From: Macrostomum lignano
Taxonomy: Eukaryota
Direction: 5' to 3'
Length of the DNA: 64,000 bases
Assembly: GCA_002269645.1 (NCBI GenBank)
Contig: NIVC01002712.1
Coordinates: 1-64,000 of the forward strand
Under the pieces are notes generated by a model that did not search any database, was not told the origin of the DNA, and was given only the letters and a program-made list of their open reading frames with translations. Numbering within the stretch: the stretch's first letter is position 1; each line of letters opens with the position of its first letter. Both the position numbers and the translations under genes were made by a program. Below, piece by piece: positions 1 to 10,500 of the stretch.

Positions 1-2
1 TC

Positions 3-3000
3 AAAACGGCTCAGACCCGACTGGACGAATACTTCAAGGACGGAACAAACGTGGTATACGAAACCTTCAACCTGCTGCAAATCAGGCAAAAGGAAGGTGA
101 GGCCATTGACTCTTTCCATGGCCGACTGCGGGAAGCAGCGAAATACTGCGACCTCGAGGTATCAACCACTGATGCAACAACCAAACTGTCCTATGAAGAC
201 CGAATAATTCGCGATCTGGTAGTCCTAAACTGCAACTCGAACAGCCTCAGACGGAAGCTCATCCAAGAAGGGTCAACTCTGACTCTGAAGAGAGCCATCG
301 AAATAGGAAGATGCTTCGAATCGACGAACAGCCAGAGCGGCGTCATTGAGAAGCACGTCTCCGACCCGAGCACCGTCAATGCAGTTGGACAGTCAAAAGG
401 ACCAAGGAGATTCCCTAAATCGAAGAAAACTGGAACTGACAGCAAGCAGTTTCCCAGAAGAAAGTCCAGTGCTCGCGATGTCTGTAGCCGCTGTGGAAGA
501 AGCTCACATACAGCAGAAAACTGCTATGCGCGCAACGATACTTGCAAGAAGTGCAATAAGGTGGGACATCATGCCAAGATGTGCAGAACCAAACTACCAA
601 CCAAAAGTAAACTTCAAGTTTATGAAACGAAAGAATCAGGCGTGACTGAATCGTCAGACTCAGAGGAGATTCATACGATAGCAAGCGTCAGCGCGAAGAA
701 CGGTGCAACAAAGCAAGCTGTCATCAACGGCAGAAAATGCGATGTACTAATTGACTCGGGCTCCAATCTAAATCTAATATCCTACAACACAGTTGCTAAA
801 ATGGTGAGTCCGGATCAGATTAACTCGAGATCACATATCAAGATTTGGTCGTACGGGGCCAGGACCCCCATCGAAACCCAAGGCACAGTACATCTGGAAG
901 TTACTCTCAACGAAAGTACACAGCAAATGAAGTTTCACATAACTCCAGTAAAGGATGCACGCACTATTATCGGATTTGAGGACGCCTTCAAGCACGGTTT
1001 CCTGACATGGGGCTCGGATAAAAGCTGCCTTCACATCGAGAACATTCAGCAGCCAACGCAAGTGATTCTGGAAGAGTTCAAGGATGTCTTCCGTGGAATA
1101 GGAAAACTCAAAGACAGCAAAGTTAAGATTCGCCTGAAGGAGAACGCCAATCCTATTGTTCATCCACCATCGCGTATACCAGCACAACTTCACCAGAAAC
1201 TGCGCGAAGAACTAGAAGGGCAGTTAAGAGAGGACATAATCGAGCCAGTCAAGGGAACTACTGAATGGGTGTCAAGAATAGTGGCTGTTCCGAAGGCCAA
1301 CGGTAAATTGAGAGCCACGGTTGATCTCAGAGACCTAAACAAGCTACTAGGAAGGAGCACTATCCACTGCCCAGCATCGACGAACAACTGATTAACGTTG
1401 GCGATGCTAAGTACTTCTCCTACTTGGATGGCAATAAAATGTTTCATCAGCTAGAACTGCACGAAGACTCCAGGATGCTCACGACATTTTCAACAGGCCT
1501 GAAAGACTGGCCACTTATGAGATATAAGAGACTACCAATGGGCTGGGTGAACTCATCGTTTGCACTCCAATCGGAAATGCATCAAGTTCTTGCTGGCATT
1601 TCAGGAGTTCTGAATATCCAGGATGACATCGGGATCTACGGTTGTACTTTGGAAGAGCACAATGACCGCTTGAGAAAAGTTCTGCAACGACTGAAAGAGA
1701 ATAACATAACCATCGGAAGGAAAAGTGCAGGTTTTCAGTGGATAAAATAACCTTCATGGGAATGCTGCTGACTCGCAAGGGATTGCAAATTGGTGACGAA
1801 AAGGTGCAAGCCATTCGGAATTTCAAAGAACCTACAAATCCCAGTGAGGTAAGGTCGTTCATAGGCCTAGTGCAATTCGTCTCACGCTTCATCCCTAACT
1901 TGGCGACCATCGCAGAACCGATTCAGAAGTTAACCCGAAAGCAAGTCAACTGGAACTGGAGCACAACACAGAAAGAAGCCTTTGCAGAAATCATTAAACG
2001 AACTTCTACCTCAAAAACACTGGCCTACTTCGACACTTCAAAAATAATCGAACTTCGAGTCGACGCTTCACCGGTGGGTCTCGGAGCTGTTCTAACCCAA
2101 ACAGACAGTCGAGGCACCATCAGTCCGGTATGCTACGCAAGCAGGACGCTAAGTGACGTCGAAAGAAGGTACAGCCAGACCGAGCGCGAGGCATTAGCAA
2201 TAAAATGGGCGTGTGAAAAGTTTCAGATCTATCTACTGGGCGCTCCAAAATTCACGGTTATTACTGATCACAAGCCACTGCTTGGTTGTTTTCGCCCAGG
2301 TTCCAAACCGCCTCCGAGAATCGAGAGATGGGCGATGCGCCTCCAGCACTTCAATTTCAAATTAAAGTACGAACCAGGAGAGGCAAACGAGGCAGACTAC
2401 TTATCCAGACAACCGATGAACGTGGAGAACCCCAAAGCATCAAGTGCCAAGGCAGACGAACATCTCATCCAGCAAATTTCTACAGAAGCTCAATATTGGG
2501 GAATCTCTAAAAGTGACATTGAGAAGGATTCGAAAGACGACCCGTGGATTCAATCAGCTTTGAGATCGCTACAAACGGGGCAATGGAGTAAATCCAACAC
2601 GTATTACAATGTCAGAAGCCAACTTTCCAGCACAAATGGAGTCCTGTTGTACCAAGACCGCTATGTAGTTCCGAGAAAGTCTGTTATGGCAGTGTTAGAG
2701 ACAATGCACTAAGGGCATCTGGGAATCACCAAAATCACGGAGCGGCTGAAAAGATGCGTTTGGTGGCCTCTGATGGCAGAAGATGTACAGAACTTCGTAT
2801 CATCATGTGAAAGTTGCTCAAGAGCACTTCCGGAAATGAGAAAACCACCAATCATTCCGACGGAGCTACCAGAAGGAGCCTGGAAGCTAATAGGTACCGA
2901 TCTAAAAGGACCTCTTCCGTCTGGAAAGACACTATTAGTCATCGTAGACTACTATTCTCGTTATCCGTTAGTTTACGTGTTGCCGAAGGCTGACGCGACG

Positions 3001-3446
3001 GAGGTGAGCAATAAAATGAAGGAAGTATTTCACTCGTACGGTGCACCAGAAGAATTAATCACAGACAATAGTCCACAGTTCATATCCGAAGAATTCAAGA
3101 ATCTAATGCGAGAATTTAACGTAAAGCACCGAAAGAGCACCCCATACTGGCCTCGTGGCAACGCAGAAGTGGAACGCTTCAACAGAACTCTGAACAAGAC
3201 CCTGCAGATCTGCAGTCGGGAAAGGAAGAACCTGAAACAAGAAGCAGAATAGTGCGAAGGAACTTCTCGCGACTAAAGAGAGTTAATTGGAAAGACTCCC
3301 CAGAAGAAAAATGCGAGACGGAGGTTCCCTCAAGGCTCAAAGCAGCAAACCAGCCAGTACAGGCGGAGCCTACAGTGAGAGATCGACAACGAGGAATCGG
3401 TCTCCGACAGAATCCAAAGCCGCCGGAGAGATTCGTGCCTGGATAA
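3..3446 (+). mobile_element. Ty3/Gypsy LTR retrotransposon gag-pol (5' end outside window; defective as written)
   Basis: Gag (LDEYF..N..YE..Q..GE.ID.F) with two CCHC knuckles (CSRCGRSSHTAENC, CKKCNKVGHHAKMC), protease LIDSGS, RT (EHYPLPSIDE, YLD, RLPMG, IQDDI), RNase H (VDASPVGLGAVL, ITDHKPL), integrase (H*GHLG...CESC, IGTDLKG, ITDNSPQF, NAEVER) in Gypsy order PR-RT-RH-IN. Two -1 shifts (~1350, ~1720), TAA at 2710-2712, and the integrase C-terminal part apparently deleted near 3250. Confidence 0.95.
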
Positions 3447-3497
3447 TTTGGGCAACGATTTTTGAACAATTTTTGGTTTATCTGACTGTATTTGTTC

Positions 3498-3511
3498 AAA
3501 GGGGGGAGAGA
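3498..3511 (+). promoter_or_regulatory. Polypurine tract of the Gypsy element
   Basis: AAAGGGGGGAGAGA directly after pol and directly before the LTR start. Confidence 0.8.
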
Positions 3512-3656
3512 TATTGTATTCCCAACGAATGCAAAGTAAATTCTTATTTTGTATCCATGGCTCAGCCATGGTTAAATATACAGACAAGAGAGTCGCAGCC
3601 CCAGAGGCTGATCATTATCTTCTTAGCACAAGAGCGAGTGCACCAACAATACAACA
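3512..3656 (+). mobile_element. 3' LTR (145 bp) of the Gypsy element
   Basis: Starts TATTGTATT right after the PPT and ends AATACAACA (9-bp terminal inverted repeat, one mismatch). Internal perfect palindrome CCATGGCT-C-AGCCATGG at 3555-3571. Confidence 0.7.
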
Positions 3657-4577
3657 AATCCTATTATAGTTACTGCCACAATAGGCCCTATTCTACTTGA
3701 CAAAAATTATGAATTCAGTCTTAACTGCGACGCTGAACTGCGGGTCCGGCCGTTGAAGGAGCTCGCCGCTCGCCAGGTCACTCGGTTCACCGCTCGGTTC
3801 GGTCTGTCTCAGCTCGGCTCGGCTCGACTCGACTCGACTCAACACAGCTCGACTCGTCTCGGTCGCTGACGATGCCCAGCACTGGCCGGCGTTATCGATG
3901 GTCACCGCTGGCTGTAGGCCTAGGCTGAAGTCGCAGGCTGATGAGTGATGACAGACTGCACTTGCACTGTTGACTGCAGTAGCGCAGGTTGCAATCACAG
4001 GCAGTGTCCAATGGCGGCTGCAGCGGGCGCTTTACCAGTGCGGCGCTCTCAACACAATAAAAAATTGAGGAGTACCCGCGGGGCGGCAGACAGACAAAAA
4101 CACGACCCGATGACTCAGCAGACTTGTTGACAGATTTTGCAGAATTAGGCTGGTCTTGGGTTGGTACAAAACTGGTAAACAACTTAAGCCTTAGGGTTAT
4201 TTCTTGACTTGTATTAGCCTCTAGGTCCGACAGACTAGCAAATTTGTGTTGACGATTGTCACGTGACTAATTGGCTGGCTGGGTTGGCTGCGGGTGGATG
4301 GCCTTGGCTTTGATCGCGTGACTTGGGGGTTGTTGTCCAGTTCAGAGTTGGCCGCCAAAGCGTAAACTGGTTCAGACCGGTTTTCTAGATCGGCAGACAG
4401 TACGCTCAGTACTTTGCAGTGGCGCTAGCAGATAGGCGGCTGACTGAGGTACAGGCAATGTCACTGGCAGTGGCAAGTTGGCTTCCTGTTGCCGATTGCA
4501 GATTGCATACGATGCAGATGGTTAGCAATGGTTGTCGGCGATGTAGATTGCAGGCTGGGTCAATTTTAATTTAGCCG

Positions 4578-4594
4578 TCTCGGTGGGACCTCCA
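4578..4594 (-). promoter_or_regulatory. Primer-binding site complementary to tRNA-Gln 3' end
   Basis: - strand TGGAGGTCCCACCGAGA is complementary to TCTCGGTGGGACCT-CCA, the conserved 3' end of metazoan tRNA-Gln(UUG). It lies 6 nt from an LTR end. Confidence 0.8.
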
Positions 4595-4600
4595 AAATAA

Positions 4601-5051
4601 TGTGACGCGACCCTTCTTGTTCGGTGCTGACGGCTATGCACTTATCAATAAATGAGTCTACGTAGCAAGAAAGTTTAGAATTTTAACTTCGACTAAATAC
4701 TTCGATTGTATTTAACCGTATTATATTATTTATTTGAAGACAGGAGTTAACTGTTGCTGTTAAATTATTGGTACTAAGTATGGCGAATAGGCACAACGCG
4801 GCGGACAAACCAACAGCACACACGAGCCCAGCGAGACCAGAAAAACACTAGAGAACAAAAATGCGATATAACCCACTTTTAAATAATGCAATACCCGTAT
4901 TTCTATGAATGATACAGTAAAACAAATTTTATGTATAAATAGAATAAATTTAAGATTCGTTTAATAAATAGTAGTTAGATTAATAATATAATACTAAAGA
5001 GGCATTAATAACACTAGAATATTTTCAGAAATAAATATCAACATCGTTACA
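4601..5051 (-). mobile_element. 5' LTR (~451 bp) of a second, minus-strand LTR retrotransposon
   Basis: - strand begins TGTAACG and ends CGTCACA (TG...CA, 7-bp IR with one mismatch), is AT-rich, contains AATAAA, and is followed by the PBS. Confidence 0.75.
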
Positions 5052-6290
5052 TACGGACTGGGAAACGCCGAGAGATGTCGGCTACTACCTCTACTACTAC
5101 GACCGAATGCTCGAAATCAATACTCAACACTTGACGAGGCAACTCGCCTGAAATACGAGGAACTGATACCAGCACTACGGGTAATTTTCGACATCCGAAG
5201 GATGGACCGATCAACGGTTATTCTACAACTGGCATCCCGCAAGATGCAACTGGGACAAGACGTCAACAAATTTATCACAGACATCACCAACTTGGTCGAG
5301 AACTCCGTCTATCAAGAACCGGCACTGGAAGAAGAAAATGCAGCGGATGCGGCACTACGGCGACATAGTAAACAACGCATCATCCAAGACCACATCATGC
5401 TACACGTTCAGCAGAACGCAGTTCCAGCACTACGTCTACACCTAGCAAGAGGACGCCACCAAACAGTGACGGAAATTACTCGAGAGGCACTGCAATGGCA
5501 AGCACTTCACGACATCAAGCGAGAAACTGAGGACACCCGCAAGCTATCGGCATTGGTCGCCCAGATGGAGGCGACGATCAAGACAGTGAACAACATGCCG
5601 CAACAGTCAATGAACAATCCACGCCCGCAAAGCGGAAACACCGCGACAAGCTGCCAGATATGTCACAAGCAGGGACATACGGCAGACAGGTGCTACCAGC
5701 GCAATCGACAGCAAGGCTTCAGCCCAAGAAGCAGCCGTCAACAGCCACAAGGAGCCAGAGGCACCAGCAGAAACTGCAACAATTGCGGTAAGCCTGGCCA
5801 TCTGGCCGCTCAGTGCCGCCGTTATTGCCACAATTGTAAGTCGAAGACTCACTGAACAGTTGAATGCAACCATACGAGCCCTCAGAGATAGGGCCAACTG
5901 GCTCAGCGTCAAGGATACATGAGCAATAGGAGCAACGGCTATTAAGGCTCTCAATACAACAACGGCCAACCAAATCAGCAACGGCAACCGATAGCCACAA
6001 TCTCGCATTCACTGGCTAACCTACAATGGCCCCATTTTTACATAGCGTTGAAAGCAGCAGGCGACCCAAGCATAGACCATTAAGATGCCAGGAAGGGCCC
6101 GGCTGCAAGATAACAAAAAGGATAATACAGGAATGAAGCCCTGTTCTAGGGTTGTAGCGAATTGGTTCGATACCAATCCACCTCATCCCTGAGGCACCTT
6201 CACCCACAGGTATGCTCCTTGTCCAATGCAGCCTCACAGCAGGGCGGCCTACTCTTGCGATAAGACTAGACCAAACGAAAGTGAATTTTT
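5052..6290 (+). pseudogene. Interrupted gag (and decayed protease start) of a third LTR retrotransposon
   Basis: Frame open from the LTR edge: YGLGNAERCRLLPLLLRPNARNQYSTLDEATRLKYEELIPALRVIF.. (retrotransposon gag capsid-like), knuckles CQICHKQGHTADRC and CNNCGKPGHLAAQC, and a third CHNCKSKTH*TVEC broken by the TGA at 5853-5855. RPTLAIRLDQTKVNF* near 6245-6290 resembles a protease lead-in. Confidence 0.75.
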
Positions 6291-8765
6291 GAAGCCAGCT
6301 ACAACGCTATATAATCCAACCACAAACACATTAACCTTAACAAATTTTACCCACAAACACTGCTTATGCTGACAATTTTTACGCCTGAATTTCATTATGA
6401 TCCCTCGATATATCTTCTATATTATCTTTTGTTTCACAAATCTGCGATATTCGATGCTTACTGATACTTGAATACTCCGAATCGATAACCGTATTTATGA
6501 CAGATAAAAATAGAATTGCAGACTATATATTGTCATTAAATGTTCCATTCACGAAATTATTTCGCTTACTAGGCAGGCAGGCCCTGATACCGCTGACGGC
6601 GTAGAAAACAGACTAGAACCAGTAGCATCCGTCGCCAACATCCATTTTCGTCGGTCGAAATACCCTCTAGCGTATCCAGACAAACTCCCAGCTTAGCTTT
6701 CATCCTGGAATATAGTGTAATGAGTCTGCTAGCGCCAAAATTCAAAGAGGATATGTCGAAGTAATCACATGACTGCGACGTAGCACTGCGACGACAGCGC
6801 CACGCGGGTGCAAGTCAGAACAACGCAGGAGCAGCCGAGCTCGAGCAAAATGGATACTCTCGAGTAAAAGCCTGGACAGCTGCATGCAGAAAATTATTCA
6901 GGGGAGTACAATCATCGGGAAGTCGCTGGACTGCCTGTCGAAGCTGTCAGCAAATGGTCTACTGTACATGCATTCGAGACATGAACTGTTAAAACATCAC
7001 GTTACGAAAAGTCAAGTAGTTCCTCGGCATTGTGAACTGCACTTCTCTGGATGACTGGGCAAAGTTAGTGGCTTGCTTCGGCGAAGACCATTAGCACGCT
7101 AATGGTCTGTACTTCCGGTGTAATGCCATCCGTAGCCAGCTCTGCAGACACAGAGTATGCATTAGAAGAGTTGACTCACTGAGCCAATTCTTCTCGGCAA
7201 TGACCTCTCACTGGGCGTGTAAGAGTTGCAGGAGGTGACCCGATAGTAGACATCTGCCTTCACTCTGCTAAGGTAGCTGCCACCCTGCTTCGCTGCACGC
7301 ATAAGCAACATGAAAGTATGGTCGAAAATTGCGGAAAGATGAAGTCCTGCCAGTTCTTTTGCAGACGCATGCTGCTATCTAGGATGATCGTTGTGTGCAG
7401 TCTCGCATGAAAAATCGGCTGCTCATTGCAAAGAAATGACTCTTATTTGTATACATTTCGATGGGGCTGGGGTCATGATGTTTCAAAAGAGCCCTGACTA
7501 AAGACCATTGTAAACAGGATTCATGCATGACACTAAAATTTGATCTAAAAAGGCCAGCAAATACTTACTCCTCACTAACGCTGTCCACGTCTAGGACTTT
7601 CGTCGTGGACAGGATCTACTGAATTATCTGTGAAATTCTTTAGTTCGTTTCTGCGAAACTGGCCATACAGCCAGCGCCTGTGAATGAATGTGTCGTCAAA
7701 GCCCAACAGAATGCATGGCCTGGACCACACTGTCCTTACAGGCGTGAATCCTGGCAGGGCAGAGATTTGTGATAGCAACATCTGAGTAACTCAGGCGACG
7801 AGACGAAAACATCTTCTGGATGTCATCGATGGAGACGGTATTCCAATCTGAAATGAACATAGCAAGTCAGTTAAATGGCCTGTACCATGAAAAAGGGAGT
7901 CACGTGCAAAGTCTGCATGTGTGGTGCATAAAGTTTGAAGCAATCAGAAAAGACGATAGGGCAAAAATACTTAGTCATTTGAAAGTATGCTCGTCAAGCC
8001 CACAAAATCTGAAATGAAAGTGACACATGTCTTATGTGCATAGCTTGAACATGAAGATACATAGAGATACATAATGCGTCAAACATGAAGGAACAAGAAT
8101 TTTATGTTCTTCATGAGATTCTTCATATGGATCGCAATAGGTATTCTACTTTCAGCACAAGAAATAGACAATAATAGGTGGAACATGAAGGAACAAGAAT
8201 TTCATGTTCTCCATGGAAAATAGAGAACTAGTATAGACAAAGACAATATAACAATAACTGAGTAACTGATATTCCCGGCATGCGGCGCTCAGGATGCTGC
8301 ACTGCATAGGGAGTAGAACATTCTCCCAACCTTTTCTCCCAATTCTCCCATTTTATCCCCTGGGACCCCAAGTCAGGGCCAGGGATGAGATGTCTCGGCG
8401 ATTCTAGTCGTTTGGGCCGACAAGTTATCGATTGCAGTCGGTTTGGTCCGGAGCTGAACTTCGGGCTCCATTCTGGTGCTAAAGTTGACATCCCCTTTTA
8501 AGGAAATGCGAAAGAATTTCTACTATTTTTTCATTTTCTTTCAGTAAATCATTATAAAGAAAACAATTCCTACTAAATGAATAGATGGATCACAGAATAG
8601 TAAAAAGCAAAACACTCAAATCAACTGCAAGTTGAAAAAGTCGCCGTTTTAAAGAACCATTCGTTGCATAACATAACATAAAATGAGCTTAACCATTCGA
8701 TTTCGTGTGTATGACGAAACTTATCTATTCAGCCTCAGCAAACAGAAACCCATCAGAAAACTCAC

Positions 8766-10500
8766 CTAATATGCTCGCCAGCAGGTCGCCGGTCGGGATA
8801 GATCACGATCTGAGCATCTTTCAAATCGGGGCTGCTCATTAATCCGCTGAACTGCAGCCTTCAGCCTCCGGACGTACTCGTTGCAGTCGTGCAGCACTGC
8901 CTGCAACAGTGCGAGCAGCCGCTTGAATTGACTTTCTCGCTGAGTCTCAGGCGGAACTCAAGCTCCTTGTCAATAAAGTAGACTTGCCAGCCGTGAGGCA
9001 CATCCCTGGCACCGGCATATAGAGGCGGGACGGTGTGCACCAGCTCCCCACTGATTACATCATTGGGGCAGTAGCCTTGCAGCGGCCGCAACTTTGCCTT
9101 CAGCGATGTGAGGTGCAGAACGGAGTTATAGCTCCTGATGTTGGCCAAGAAATCAGGCTATCAGGGTGGCGACCAAGGAACGAATTCATCAGGACCTCCG
9201 GCACTAATTTGGCAGGCAGCTTAACCTTGCCAGCTGCACAGCAGATTCCTGGTGGCTCCCCCTTCATGAGCAAGGCGTGGCAGTGCTGGCATGGCTTGGT
9301 CATGCGGCTGAGCTGATGAGCCTGCGGTTTCGGCATGGCTGAGGCATCGGCTCTGTGAAGGACTCTGTGGCGATGCAGCCACCGACTGCGCCTCAGCGGC
9401 GGCGGCGTGACGCTCCTGCTGCAGCTGCGCGACTGTGCTGCGGAGGCAGCTTATTTCTCGGCCATCTCGGCCTGCAGAGCGAGAGAATTATCGCGCTCAC
9501 GGCGAAAGGCATCCAGCTCAGCCTCCTGTCTGCTAACAGTATCTCTCACAGGCCGGAGACGGCTTCAGCCAACTGAGTGTCGCGAAGCTGGCACTGTGGA
9601 CATCGCTGCTGCACTGTAAGGGGATCAGGTGGAAGATGCTTGCAGAGCCGCTCGTGAAGCTTGGCCTCCCAGTAGCTCTTAAATAGCCTGTTGAACAGCA
9701 GGGCCCTGTGCTTGGCACTGGCATTTGTTATTGCCTTTGCACAATAGACGGACACCTGTCCAACGAGTATAGCTGCCAGCGGGTCTCGGTGTCGCAATGT
9801 GGGATTCGCACACGAGCTTGAAATTTAGTTGGGGTACAAACTACTGCACCAGACAGTAGTTCATACCTGCTTGGGCAGCTAGCGGAGCGTTCGCACCCGC
9901 ATGTGGTGCCACAGAGGCCGTCGGGACCGCCGACTTGGCGATTGTCGACGCCTGCAGGTGTGACGGTGCGGTACTACGCGGGCGCTTGGCAACCGAGACG
10001 TCCGCACTGGTCTCGCCGGTGCAACGTCGGTTCGGCTTGGAACTAAGAGGGGGGTGAGTGAATGAGAAGTCATTGAGAGGAACTGTTGCTGTAGGGGTTT
10101 CGTACTTTACGTTGCAGCATTTCCGGCTGCAGAGTCGCCTCGGCTGCCATCTTCGGGGTTGCCGCTGCCACCTGCGGGGTTGCCGCTGCCATCTGCGGCG
10201 TTTCCGCTGCCACCTGCGGGGTTGCCGCTGCCGCCGCTGGAGGCGGAGGGGTGGGTGAATGTTGAATAACGCGAGAAATGTTTCTTAGAGTAGAATTGCT
10301 TACGTTGCGGCGATTCCGGCTGTGGGCGCGTCAGGTCTTCTGACAACCACCCGCGGCTTCTGGCTTCGTCGAGCCGGGTTCTTATGCACCATGGCACTGC
10401 AAGACTTGCATAGAAGCTCGCCGCATTGGTGGCATTCAACATGCTGAGGCTTCTGCCCGAAGAGGGTGCACTTCTCGATAGTCTGACGAGTCCGGACCAT
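8766..10500 (-). mobile_element. Degenerate Helitron Rep/helicase N-terminal region with upstream B-box-like zinc finger
   Basis: CQHCHALLMKGEPPGICCAAGKVKLP, NIRSYNSVLHLTS, QVYFID, LQAVLHDCNEYVRRLK, RPAGEHIR match the conserved N-terminal segment of Helitron Rep-Hel proteins. ECHQCGELLCKSCSAMVHKNPARR at ~10360-10445. Several frameshifts; no Rep or PIF1 domain found. Confidence 0.8.
10140..10240. repeat. 21-bp repeat (~4 copies, AAATPQV on - strand) inside the Helitron
   Basis: GCCACCTGCGGGGTTGCCGCT units. Confidence 0.8.

Noticed and set aside
6400-8040. Possible decayed TE coding sequence or remainder of the Helitron
   Set aside because: Coding-like composition, but I found no recognisable motif or RYN continuation in the frames I checked; needs tBLASTx/HMM.
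3937-9330. Hammerhead ribozyme cores (CTGATGAG at ~3938 and ~9314)
   Set aside because: No downstream GAAA with supporting stems.
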